This document shows, piece by piece, positions 51,901 to 60,179 of a stretch of DNA of 64,000 nucleotides; position 1 is the stretch's first letter; each line of letters begins with the position of its first letter. The notes under the pieces were generated by a model that ran no database searches, was not told the DNA's origin, and was given only the letters and a program-made list of their open reading frames with translations. The position numbers and the translations under genes are program-made. This stretch comes from an uncultured Candidatus Saccharibacteria bacterium (GTDB taxonomy: Bacteria > Patescibacteriota > Saccharimonadia > Saccharimonadales > CAIOMD01). The DNA lies in contig CAZMHM010000003.1 in the NCBI GenBank assembly GCA_964566135.1, forward strand, positions 15,856-79,855, written 5' to 3'.

Positions 51901-53216
51901 GCGTTACCTGTACGTTTACCGCACCAGCAACAGGTGAAACTGCTGCCAACGCAATCTTTATTCGTCAGAGTAACAGCAATACCTCGGGCCAGACGTTCTT
52001 TGTCGATAACTTAAGCGTTACTGTAAATGCTAGTGTTAACCACGCGATTGACGGCAGTGTTGACGCGGCGCTTGGCACTAACTGGGTAGCTATCGGCGGC
52101 TCGGTTGCTCGGGACACTACTACTATCTATGACACGAGTGGTTCGGTCGCAGCAACTACGAGCGGCACGGCCGGCAGGGGTGTATATAACAACCTAACCG
52201 CTAACATCATACCTGCAGTTTCTACCCAATATCGTGTATCATTCTACGCTAACGCTAACAGTGGTACTGCTACGCTTGCTGCTGCCTATACACCAGATAA
52301 CAATGCTACGACTGTTGCTTGCCAAGACTTCAATACACAGGTTGTAACTGCCGGCAGCTGGCAGCTTATAACTTGTATTATCACTACCACCGCCACAGCA
52401 CCAGTTACCTCGCAACAATTACGTATTACACAAACTGCGGGTGCGGCTACCATCTTCTACGTTGATGCGCTAACAATGACACTTAGTAACAATAATGCTT
52501 CGAATGTACAAATTGGTGGCGCCAACAAGGGCGGTCCAACCACGCTACTAACACTAGATAGGGCATCAACTGCACCAATTGCAGCCAATAACGATGCATA
52601 TCTTGGTAGCATGTACTACGACACCACTACTGGCCGTATCCAGTGTTACGAGGCTGACGGTTGGGGTGCTTGTGGTAGCGCACCAGATAACATCGTTAAC
52701 CTTAACCCAGAATATGCAGGTGCTGTGCTTAACGGTACTGGCGTCGGTACTATGACGACTGACTTCTGTGGTAACGGTGGTGGACTAACCGTTAACGTAG
52801 CACTCTGTGCTAGCGGTGAAGCTCGCAACTACTATAAATGGACAAGCCCACAGGCAACGCAGCAAACCTACAGTATCTATGTAACCTATCAGCTACCAGC
52901 CACCTTTAAAGCATTTGCCTCTGACGCAACCGTAAACCTTACTGGCCGCGTAGATGATAATGCTAACGCAGCAGTAACCTATCAGATGTTCAGCAGTAAC
53001 GGGGCCACAATCACCGCCTGTGGTACCGAGACCGATGTTATTGGTGGTGTAGGTAACAACAATACGTGGATGACGACACCAATAAACGGTAATGAAGCAA
53101 CAGGCGCCTGTGGCTTTACACCTGGTGGGTTCGTGATCTTTAAGATAAATCTAAAGGCTAATAGTGGAAAGAATGCGTACGCAGGTACGCTCAGCTTTAC
53201 CACGACGGGTAAATAA
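45963..53216 (+). CDS. Giant cell-surface fibre protein, paralog C (2,417 aa)
   Basis: Same start peptide (MSRLFRTSP), TM anchor and NNTLNFQARIL...VTGVPYAIAAG domain as B. Long TxxIG beta-helix-like repeats, two GGxGG blocks, two CBM-like modules (51545-52030, 52040-52490), and two copies of the MYYDTTxGRIQCYExxxWGxCG motif. Confidence 0.93.
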   Translation: MSRLFRTSPVLHCTHGTTKKTVVRVLFVVLSLSLLATSIIPIRGGERAHAASNNTLNFQARILQTNGAVVPDGSYNVRFKIYSGGTSGGPGGIGAANAGSLLWTETWQNSNSQGIDTKNGYISAALGSITAFSGINWDQELWITMDIGGTSAGASPTYDGEMLQTGNKRMKVTGVPYAIAAGRLQTTDAAGTNTSSLSIAAPTGGSQVFQLQDQTAAGTYNLALLNGNGTQTFTGLNTFSAAGTALTVTNNASIGGTLGVTGLTTATGGLTTGTGSTLTVGGATLNNTLAIGNLNYTGTGNTGSIGSAASTVDIYTNITIAQTTAGQTLTIPAPTTSTSGRVIYITNIGSAGYTMAGAVVSPGVTMQFVWNNTTSSWSLVTSGVSGSYIQNGTAVQTANFNIQSNSTTDVSAIVQGANSQSADILQVKAASISSPLFSVSATGNTTVQPSVDSSTAFVVKNAAGSTSLFVADTSTGTVSVNGKFITSGGQVNINSAGAGNTYIGNTGYATQLTGGVTLTTSGSANFIDITDGTNNYFRFNGTNSSVSVGNSAVATSATNINAGSTGLINLNQSTTISGDLTFVVGATRTISVANQTVNNTAGNGLVVRSAAGLGSGSGGQLNVVAGDGGATGAGGAVFVTAGSSGSSGTAAGGQLNLAGGASFNGTGAGGAVNIVGGGNSTTGSGGNINITGGGTDTGAGGSVYLDPGQAGSAFNPGNIYIGTMSGGGTINIGNTSDSMGVNILNAGTLNIGTGNVGSTVNLGTGNGLKAVTIGSTNTTSGTTILAGSGNINLNAATIATNQTSINLLNTTATTVNAFGAATALNIGAGSGTTTINNGLTVSGATLLNGNSTIGNASTDRLTVTSQILGGSPLVFQGATDDGFTTTFDVTDPTANNTIIFPNASGTVLLAATGSGNAIVQVPTAAGVNVITPTAASVIGLTVNGTIGTAATALAISQPGAAAGVTIASANNTATNGLSFSGTFTNLINATNFSVTNAGAITAASTYNTNTFTGSALTFGSAATATVQSAASQALNITGHANSVFSTDAGTLTLQGVTGTTLTTAAGGTSTNVTIKSGDASAGVSGNVEIDTGTHTSGSPSVKIGTNAQTSAVFVGNTTGTNTTTINGGVNGTTPTISLQAATSGYIAVGTANANTIQIGAVGASAFTSTVTIGTSTGAAQNVTIGSNANFNSATIIQGGNSNTAGSEAIRLVPQTTGGIAIGATAGTGTITLGQSTASNTIAIGNAVGAGNTQTIGIGTSTTGTTALTVGSNTTTSTISLQSGNITLGNTTNRGTVTNNGGTFMATLTVNDDSNGGALGGTPAGGLTAAQSVDSYTSIGINQTTAGQAITLPNSASTIGRVLYVTNTGTTSFTINGTTFTTGSTATMFWTGSAWTFAGMDGGSSNYIQNQTATDQAASFKISGTATIKTTNANAFQVQSASGTDTMLNIDTTTGNAIKVGNNTGTGTATTIFVLDSATTSAGLPTTVGAMYYDTTAGRIQCYEGTSWGNCGNTTLQEAYDSSSNGATTPEIKVTSTNSHNGLDVQDADTTLGATAGLFNVRASSVGALGASLFTVQGNGRVGINNGSTSTTPAVSYDLSFGQIAGATTARTIGVETQATAATGGNGLTVSAGTGNTTGVGGTLSLQGGNGGNAAAGGAVFLTGGAAGGGNTNGGSVTIAGGAAAGSGVQGVVNLSTTAFTAAGTVSFAANNTLNTLLTNATNLYSTVPVNATASGLTLTVDLPTITTVGRILYITAVNGSNDFALLLAGTSVNISMKANSTATLIYNGTGWTAAGASSSTTLQAAYDNTLISAGGAELLLNNSTAGGDGLTIRNNTGVKTITGALLEVQTNVGSNLFSVNNNATEYANNGGAESATFTMWPTAPNGGTTATVTRDTTTFATGIASTKVVTTGTATANQGVANTLSATLSANLQYAVSFTVKSGTANSFSTLDVVYSRDGTNASTVSCTTGRTVTASAWTRVTCTFTAPATGETAANAIFIRQSNSNTSGQTFFVDNLSVTVNASVNHAIDGSVDAALGTNWVAIGGSVARDTTTIYDTSGSVAATTSGTAGRGVYNNLTANIIPAVSTQYRVSFYANANSGTATLAAAYTPDNNATTVACQDFNTQVVTAGSWQLITCIITTTATAPVTSQQLRITQTAGAATIFYVDALTMTLSNNNASNVQIGGANKGGPTTLLTLDRASTAPIAANNDAYLGSMYYDTTTGRIQCYEADGWGACGSAPDNIVNLNPEYAGAVLNGTGVGTMTTDFCGNGGGLTVNVALCASGEARNYYKWTSPQATQQTYSIYVTYQLPATFKAFASDATVNLTGRVDDNANAAVTYQMFSSNGATITACGTETDVIGGVGNNNTWMTTPINGNEATGACGFTPGGFVIFKINLKANSGKNAYAGTLSFTTTGK

Positions 53217-53287
53217 CATGACATACATTTTCCTATACCCACTAGCTACACATAAAATGACTCAAAATACTATTCTCTTTATGCATT

Positions 53288-53314
53288 CTTTCGGCGGTTT
53301 ATCGCCGCCGAAAG
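53288..53314 (+). other. 10-bp GC-rich stem-loop 72 nt after the stop of C, with no U-tract
   Basis: CTTTCGGCGG-tttatcg-CCGCCGAAAG. Its position parallels the hairpin after gene A. Confidence 0.55.
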
Positions 53315-53566
53315 TCTAGGTAAGTCGCACAAAAAATGTGTGCAGATGACCCCTTATCGCAAGTGGTTATCTTGGCTCGTAGTACATAAAACGAGCCGCC
53401 TAGAAAGTCAGAATTTATACGTTACCGGAAGTGCGGACCAAGGCGACGAAAAAGTAAATTCTGGCCCAAAACCAAAAACAAAAATTCATCACTGGCCAAC
53501 CCCAGTAAAAAACAAAACCAACACAAAAACCTGCTTCACCAAAATCGTGCAGCACACAAAAAATAG

Positions 53567-53616
53567 ATACCCCGTGTAAGACGACTTAGCATTTTGTCGC
53601 AACGGGGTATTTTTTA
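53567..53616 (+). terminator. Rho-independent terminator (A-run upstream, T-run downstream; possibly bidirectional)
   Basis: ATACCCCGT..CGAC-ttagcatttt-GTCG..ACGGGGTAT followed by TTTTT. It is preceded by a ~110-nt C/A-rich tract. Confidence 0.7.
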
Positions 53617-53647
53617 TTGCTATAACGGGGGTCTTATCTGCTATAAT
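53617..53647 (+). promoter_or_regulatory. Putative promoter of giant gene D
   Basis: TTGCTA - 19 nt - TATAAT. The spacer starts TAACGGGGGTC (TAACAGGGGT-like). Confidence 0.45.
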
Positions 53648-53694
53648 AGTTAGCATTAGGGGAATATAAAAAACAGAGGTGTAAAGTTAGTTCG

Positions 53695-56600
53695 ATGGAC
53701 GGTATCTCGCCACCACCAAAAAAAAGCGTAACTTCTTCGGAGATTGCTTCTGAAACTGATGCCTCGATACCTAAATCGAGCAAACCAAAAAGAGTAAAGA
53801 TAACTATTCGTTTTGGTGGAAAACCAAATGTTTTTAAAACATTACGCGCCATATCAAAGCGTTTTTATCTTAGGCATTCAGTATTTGTCAGGTTGAGCGC
53901 CGGCCTTATGGCCTTATTAATTGTTTTCTCAATGGGTTATGAGATTTATGGCTACGTTATGAAAGGTCGTGAGTATCAACTTTCGTCGCAAGCAGAAACG
54001 CTTGTAGGGAAAACTAACCCACTATATGCGGCAAAACTTACGTATAAATCAGATAAATCAGAATTTTTGTATAACGAAGGATACACGCCTGGTAATACCG
54101 AAACGGCCGGACTGACGGCTGGCCCAAAATTTAGTGCAAGTTTTGCCGAAGATCCGAATGATGGCCATACCATTACTGACCCGGTTTATAGCACCAACTT
54201 AACTATCAAGCCAAAGTTTCGGGTAAAGGCACCAGAAAAACAACAGAACAGAATGATTTACCCACTAGCTGGTAAGCAGGGCGCCGAAGTACTTACTCTT
54301 AAGGCAGGTAGCGTAAAAGAAGATATTATTTTAGAAAAAGTATCTGGCGACACAATGAAGTTCGAGTATGAATTGCAGCTAAATGAATCACTCGAAGCAC
54401 GTATGGAGAATGATGGCTCGATTGGGGTGTACGGGCTCGAGAATAGCGCGTTACTGGGCAACGTTTCTGCTGGTAGCGAGAAGGACGCAGAACTACTTAA
54501 AAATGCACGACAAAATGGCGAAAAAAATCGTCTTATATTTAGAATGCCTGCGCCATTTATAAAAGAGTCTGGCGGGAGGAAAAGTAGTGCAACAGCCTGG
54601 TATGAGCTAAAGAATAATGTCATTACGCTGCATGCGATTAATCTAAAACAAGCCAGTTACCCACTTAGTATTGACCCTACGGTATATGTCGAAACCGCTG
54701 CAAAATTTATGCAAGGCAACAACGAGACAAATGTTGATTTTGACCCAACGAACGAACTCATTCAAAAAAGTCAGACAACCGGTGCGCGTATTGATGGTTG
54801 GGTAGATAGTGTTGATATGAGCGCCGGTTTATGGGACCACTCCATTGCTACGGCGGGTGGATACATTTATCGTGCCGGAGGCCGTGTTGATCCAACAATG
54901 CCGTACCTTGTTGGGCAACAGGCAAGCACACAAGCGACCGATAGCACTACATTTGCAATGAATATGCCTACCTCGCGCCCGGCAGGTGATTTGTATATAG
55001 CAATAATGGGCCATAACGGCACGGTTACCGTAACGCCCCCAGCGGGTTGGACGGAACTTGCCGACAATGATGCCGGTGGCGGTAACACACGTGAACTCGC
55101 GGCATATTACAAAATTGGTACCGACCAAGGTGGTGGCAATGAATCTGCAAGCTATACCTGGACAGGTAGCGGAGCAGAACAGTGGACCGGTGTCATTATG
55201 CGCATTAAAGGCTTCGACAACGCCAATCCAATCGCCTGTACAACTGTGCCAACATGTTTAGGTCGTGGGTCAGACGGCACTGCTCCATACGTTCCTATCA
55301 CATTACCGACAGTAACTCCGAATACGGATGCTTCATTAGTGATTCGTGCTGCAGCAATAAACGAGGATGATCCATCAGACTACACGTGGCTCCCGTCTGG
55401 GCATACCAAAGTGTATGCTGGCACAAGCTTGGCCGGTAGCGCTACTAATAACAGCGTTGGACTTGTCACGATGACACTCGACCAGCCACCACTAGCAACC
55501 GTTGCAACGGGTACGGCAACACTTGCACAGGACGGAATTTTAGATGGTACCTATGGTGCAGTTTCAATTCCAATTCGTGCTGCAACGGTTACCCCGGGCT
55601 ATCAAAATACTGTCGAGTGGGCGCAGTTTAGTACAACCAGTTCTGATTTGCAGAGCCCTAATCCTGGTGCCGGTACGTGTAATGGCTGGTGTACAAATTC
55701 TGTCTACAACTTACCAGGCAACCGAGTTGGCATGTCGATGGTTGCCTACAATGGTTATTTGTATGCGCTTGGCGGTAGTACCGATGGCACGGCGGCGAAT
55801 GCTACAAATACTGTTTGGGTCGCTAAGCTAGGCGCCAACGGTGAACCACAATTATGGCATCCAACAGGGGGGACACCCGCCTACTGGTTTGTGTCTACTA
55901 CTACGTTACCAGTCGCAAACTCATATACTGCCGTAGCGGCGTACGAGAACCGGATATATCTTGTTGGCGGCCGTAACACTGCTGGCACAAGTATTAACTC
56001 GGTGTATTATGCGGATTTACTACCAAATGGTGATTTAGGCGCATGGTCTACAACTGGTATGCAAGATCTAACAACGCCAACGGCACGCTTTGGGCATTCC
56101 ATCCATATCTATAACGATGTTATGTATCTTTTGGGTGGCAATAATAATGGCACACTCCGCAATACGGTGTACTACAGCAAACTGGGTAGTGATGGGTCTA
56201 TGAATACATGGACGGCAACCAATAATTTTGCTACCGGGCGTACCTCGTTTGGGGGTTCGTTCAGCGCGGTCTGGGGGGCATACATTTATCTCGCGGGCGG
56301 CTGCACGGCATTGAGTGGTAATTACTGTTCGACAATAGCAAGCGATGTACAGCTTGCAAGTATTAATGCGGACGGTAGTTTGTCACCATGGAACTCGATT
56401 GCAACACTTAGCAACCAGCGTATAGGTTATACGTTTACTGCCTGGCAAGGGGGCTTGTATAGATTGGGTGGTTGTAACCGCCAAAACACCAGCACTGGCG
56501 TTTGTTATGCAACGCATAGAAGCGTAGAATTTGGTGCTGTTAACCCTCCGGGTGATGCATCAACAGTTAGTAATTCAGAACCAAGTGGCACGGCGCCGTG

Positions 56601-59600
56601 TAGCGGCGGTAGCCCAGTAAACTGCGACTTACCAACCGCTGGCGATGCTGCCGGTCAAGGCGGTCAAATGTCGAGTATGGTAGTCGTCAATAATGGCTAT
56701 ATCTATAATATTGGTGGCTGTGTTGACCCTACTGGTACTTGTGGCAGTGATATGAGTGGCAATGTCTCCTATGCTGCACTAAACTCACTTGGGCAGATGG
56801 TTGCACCAGCAAATTGTCCTGCACCAAATACGTCATACGGTCTGTGGTGTGTTGACAGTACCAATAGAATAAATGGCACTAACGGGCTAGGCGCCGCGGC
56901 TTCGGCGGTATTCAATAATGTTATTTACATCGCTGGTGGTACTGATTCAGCAAACTGGCAATCAAATATGTATCGAGTGCTTTTGAATGCAGATGGTTCG
57001 TTATCTGGCGCATGGCAATCGCAGACGTTTGCAGCAATTGGGGGTGGTAGCGCGCGAGGCTACATGTATATGTTTACTCGTGCGAACCCTGCATCAGCTG
57101 GCTCGAACCCTGGTAATTTATACATGCTTGGAGGTTGTAGTGGCACAGGCGGTATTGGCTGTAGCACGTACTACACCGATACGCGCAAGTGTAATATTCA
57201 AACAGATGCATCGCTGACCGGGTGTACGACAACCGGCCAAATGCAAGTCGATGCCGATAATCTTACGGCGGGCGACCAAGGCCTTGGGCTTATGGCCGGA
57301 ACAGTATATGCAAACAGATTATATTTAGTGGGTGGAGCTTGTGCTAGTGTTGGAGCAGCAGGTAACCCGTGTGGTTCTACGTATTCAGCCAACAGAAAAG
57401 ATACGATATACGCGATGATTAACGGTAGCAATAATATTGTTGATGCCACGAGTGGGCTATCCACAGGAACATGGAAGTTCGCGACTGCCCAAATGTCGCC
57501 AGTTAGGCGGCGTGCAGTTGCCTTTGGCTATAATGGCTATATTTATTCGCTTGCTGGTTATAGCGGTTCTGCATCACTGCAAGACCTTTTGTTCGCCAAG
57601 ATAAATGTAAGCACTGGCGATTTAAGCCCATGGGACAGCTCGGGCGTGGTGGTTACGCCGCGCTGGGATCTAAAGGCAATCGTTAGCAATGGCTATGTAT
57701 ATGCTATTGGTGGGTGTGCTGCTGGTGCGGCGCCTTCTAACTGTACTGGTATGCAGGCCGAGGTGCAAACATTCCAACTTTATAATAATGATAGTGGTAC
57801 GCCAGTATCATTTGCCGCAAGCGCAAATCAGTTCGCAACGGATAGGATGGGTGCTTCTAGCACAATACTTAACGGCAGGCTGTATGTAGCCGGAGGTTGT
57901 ATTAGTGCCACGGATTGTACAGATGCGACCAACAGTGTTCAATATGCAACCATAGACATTTACGGCAATTTAGGTACGTGGAGCGCAGGAGGTAACCTGC
58001 CTGCGGATAGAGCTTGGGGCCAGCTTGAAACTGTTGGTGGGACGTTATATTACATTGGTGGGCAGAACGATACCGCAACAAATGAACAAAGTACCGTCTA
58101 CTATACATCGAGTATCACCGCCGGTAATCCTACCTGGAATGGCACAGCCGCGACCAATGGACTGCCGGGTGCACGTACCCAATTTAGCGCAAGCGTATGG
58201 GACAATCAAATATACGTAACAGGTGGTTTAGACGGTTCGGCGGCGTCGACCTCCACAGTTTACGTAAGTCCAAATTTGCCTAGTGGTGGTAATATAACCA
58301 CTGCCTGGACAACCTCTACAAATTCATTTAGCGTTAACCGCAATGGTCATACGACTATTGCATATGCAAATAACCTCTATGTAATTGGCGGCTACGACGG
58401 GACGAACTATTTAAACGATGTGCAGTATGCGACTCTTGGATATAAAGTAGGTACTATTGCACAGACTGGAATTAATGTTACTGGTACTGGTACGTCATGG
58501 ACGTCATCAATGATAGGTTCCACGCTGCAATACAGGGATGGAGAAGTTGCGACTATTTTGACTGTTCCGTCGGGAACAACAATGACAGTTAGTGTTTCTA
58601 AAAACGTCACCGCCGGAACAGGCTATACAATCTTGGATGGGTCAGTAAGTACATGGTCATACACGACAAGTCTTCCGGAACCGATCCGCCAAGCAGACGG
58701 TTTTGCGGCCAATGGTTATATGTATCTTGTGGGTGGTCGTAGCTCAGACGGTGACTGTGTGCCAAACGTATTGCAGGCACCAATCAGTGCTAACACAACT
58801 ATTGCTACTGGTAATAATCCTACTGGTATTGGCGAGTGGTATGAAACAAATGTGAAATACTCCGGCGAACGGTATGGTAACGCGGTTAGTTACTCGGGCG
58901 GTAAGATGTATGTCACAGGTGGTGCTTGTGAAAAATGGCCAACCGTAACGTCTATGAGTACGCAATCATTTAATACCGATACTACGCCTCATAACGTGAC
59001 TATGCCGAGCGTTGTTGACCCAGGTGATTTGCTAATAGTGCTATTTAGCAACGATGGTAACGCTACGGTTACGGACCCTGATGGTGCCGGCGCATGGACA
59101 CAAATTAGTACGCAAACGCGTGGCACAAACGTCCGTGGTTCGGTGTGGGCTATCGATGCAGCTGGTACCGAGGACGGTACGAATGTTAACTTTGCAACCT
59201 CTGCAATCGAGCAAGCTTCAGCTATTGTCTATCGTATTCCGGCTGCGAGCTGGGAGGGCAATATTGCCAGTGTAGAAGCCGCCAATGTCGATCCCGGAGG
59301 CACAACTAATGCGCCTAATCCACCTGCATTAAATCCAACTGGCTGGGGAACCGAAAATACCCTGTGGCTAACATATGCGGCAGGTTCGGAATACGCGTCT
59401 GTGACTAACTATCCTGCAGGAACAACGAACGGGCTACATATTGGCTCGACAGGTGCTACGGCTACCAATCGTGCTACTACCTCAACATCACGTATTGAAA
59501 GCCGTGCTGCAAGTGTTGACCCCGCAGCATATGCAATGCCTAGTACCAGCAACGGTGTAGCCTTTACAATTGCCATTAGGCCGGCAGCATTTGCATATAC

Positions 59601-60123
59601 AAACACTAACAGGACTGTTCAATCAGCAGTCTATTCGCAACCTCAGGTCGCAGCGTACTCACGTTTAATAGATACCGACACCGACGTATTCCCAACCAAA
59701 TGGCTACTCAACGGACTTGATAATTCTATTGGCGCACGTTGGCAATTGAAGTATCGGTCTATGCACGATACATCTGATGGTGCTTTGCAACAAAACCCAA
59801 ATGAAGACTGTGGCACATCCGCAACAATGCCAATCATGACTACTTGGGGTCAAGAAACAAATTATGGTGACGTCACGCTTGGTACCCCTGCAACGTATAC
59901 TGCCTTAAATGGTAGTGGTGGCAACATCAACTGTGCCAGATATTTCTTCTTCTCTATAACTATTGATGCCTCACAGACGTTCGGTTATCCGGAGGATGTT
60001 AATCGTGGTCCAACAATATCTGATCTGAGTCTATACTTTACGGCCGACCCATCAAAACGATTGCGTCATGGTAAAACCTTTACTGGTGGACAGCTACAAC
60101 CACTCGATACGCCATTCCCATAA
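53695..60123 (+). CDS. Giant membrane-anchored protein D with at least 17 Kelch-type beta-propeller blades (2,142 aa)
   Basis: Lys-rich N-terminus, then the TM segment VRLSAGLMALLIVFSMGY. A beta-rich N-domain ends YPLSIDPTVYVE. Two copies of a PxGDL[YL]I...TVT.P.G.W module (54961-55215, 58990-59260). Blades such as YNGYLYALGG, NRIYLVGG, VMYLLGG, YIYLAGG, LYRLGG, YIYNIGG. C-terminal ...RLRHGKTFTGGQLQPLDTPF. Confidence 0.9.
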   Translation: MDGISPPPKKSVTSSEIASETDASIPKSSKPKRVKITIRFGGKPNVFKTLRAISKRFYLRHSVFVRLSAGLMALLIVFSMGYEIYGYVMKGREYQLSSQAETLVGKTNPLYAAKLTYKSDKSEFLYNEGYTPGNTETAGLTAGPKFSASFAEDPNDGHTITDPVYSTNLTIKPKFRVKAPEKQQNRMIYPLAGKQGAEVLTLKAGSVKEDIILEKVSGDTMKFEYELQLNESLEARMENDGSIGVYGLENSALLGNVSAGSEKDAELLKNARQNGEKNRLIFRMPAPFIKESGGRKSSATAWYELKNNVITLHAINLKQASYPLSIDPTVYVETAAKFMQGNNETNVDFDPTNELIQKSQTTGARIDGWVDSVDMSAGLWDHSIATAGGYIYRAGGRVDPTMPYLVGQQASTQATDSTTFAMNMPTSRPAGDLYIAIMGHNGTVTVTPPAGWTELADNDAGGGNTRELAAYYKIGTDQGGGNESASYTWTGSGAEQWTGVIMRIKGFDNANPIACTTVPTCLGRGSDGTAPYVPITLPTVTPNTDASLVIRAAAINEDDPSDYTWLPSGHTKVYAGTSLAGSATNNSVGLVTMTLDQPPLATVATGTATLAQDGILDGTYGAVSIPIRAATVTPGYQNTVEWAQFSTTSSDLQSPNPGAGTCNGWCTNSVYNLPGNRVGMSMVAYNGYLYALGGSTDGTAANATNTVWVAKLGANGEPQLWHPTGGTPAYWFVSTTTLPVANSYTAVAAYENRIYLVGGRNTAGTSINSVYYADLLPNGDLGAWSTTGMQDLTTPTARFGHSIHIYNDVMYLLGGNNNGTLRNTVYYSKLGSDGSMNTWTATNNFATGRTSFGGSFSAVWGAYIYLAGGCTALSGNYCSTIASDVQLASINADGSLSPWNSIATLSNQRIGYTFTAWQGGLYRLGGCNRQNTSTGVCYATHRSVEFGAVNPPGDASTVSNSEPSGTAPCSGGSPVNCDLPTAGDAAGQGGQMSSMVVVNNGYIYNIGGCVDPTGTCGSDMSGNVSYAALNSLGQMVAPANCPAPNTSYGLWCVDSTNRINGTNGLGAAASAVFNNVIYIAGGTDSANWQSNMYRVLLNADGSLSGAWQSQTFAAIGGGSARGYMYMFTRANPASAGSNPGNLYMLGGCSGTGGIGCSTYYTDTRKCNIQTDASLTGCTTTGQMQVDADNLTAGDQGLGLMAGTVYANRLYLVGGACASVGAAGNPCGSTYSANRKDTIYAMINGSNNIVDATSGLSTGTWKFATAQMSPVRRRAVAFGYNGYIYSLAGYSGSASLQDLLFAKINVSTGDLSPWDSSGVVVTPRWDLKAIVSNGYVYAIGGCAAGAAPSNCTGMQAEVQTFQLYNNDSGTPVSFAASANQFATDRMGASSTILNGRLYVAGGCISATDCTDATNSVQYATIDIYGNLGTWSAGGNLPADRAWGQLETVGGTLYYIGGQNDTATNEQSTVYYTSSITAGNPTWNGTAATNGLPGARTQFSASVWDNQIYVTGGLDGSAASTSTVYVSPNLPSGGNITTAWTTSTNSFSVNRNGHTTIAYANNLYVIGGYDGTNYLNDVQYATLGYKVGTIAQTGINVTGTGTSWTSSMIGSTLQYRDGEVATILTVPSGTTMTVSVSKNVTAGTGYTILDGSVSTWSYTTSLPEPIRQADGFAANGYMYLVGGRSSDGDCVPNVLQAPISANTTIATGNNPTGIGEWYETNVKYSGERYGNAVSYSGGKMYVTGGACEKWPTVTSMSTQSFNTDTTPHNVTMPSVVDPGDLLIVLFSNDGNATVTDPDGAGAWTQISTQTRGTNVRGSVWAIDAAGTEDGTNVNFATSAIEQASAIVYRIPAASWEGNIASVEAANVDPGGTTNAPNPPALNPTGWGTENTLWLTYAAGSEYASVTNYPAGTTNGLHIGSTGATATNRATTSTSRIESRAASVDPAAYAMPSTSNGVAFTIAIRPAAFAYTNTNRTVQSAVYSQPQVAAYSRLIDTDTDVFPTKWLLNGLDNSIGARWQLKYRSMHDTSDGALQQNPNEDCGTSATMPIMTTWGQETNYGDVTLGTPATYTALNGSGGNINCARYFFFSITIDASQTFGYPEDVNRGPTISDLSLYFTADPSKRLRHGKTFTGGQLQPLDTPFP
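55700..58930 (+). repeat. Array of ~17 Kelch-like blades (enough for 2-3 propellers) within D (approximate bounds)
   Basis: Hand count of [YLVI]Y.[ILVA][GA]G blade signatures: YLYALGG, IYLVGG, MYLLGG, IYLAGG, LYRLGG, IYNIGG, IYIAGG, LYMLGG, LYLVGG, IYSLAG, VYAIGG, LYVAGG, LYYIGG, IYVTGG, LYVIGG, MYLVGG, MYVTGG. Confidence 0.7.
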
Positions 60124-60135
60124 GCCATCTAACGA

Positions 60136-60144
60136 TGGTATAAT
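60136..60144 (+). promoter_or_regulatory. Extended -10 promoter element (TGgTATAAT) upstream of the 60180 gene
   Basis: TGGTATAAT lies 36 nt upstream of the ATG, directly after the stop of D. Confidence 0.5.
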
Positions 60145-60179
60145 ATACCTAAATACGAGAGGGTATTAAAACCAATATT

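Noticed and set aside
53340-53579. A 79-aa ORF between genes C and D.
   Set aside because: It is a translation of the C/A-rich tract (K/T/P/N low complexity). It has no RBS and ends inside the terminator hairpin. It is better explained as non-coding.
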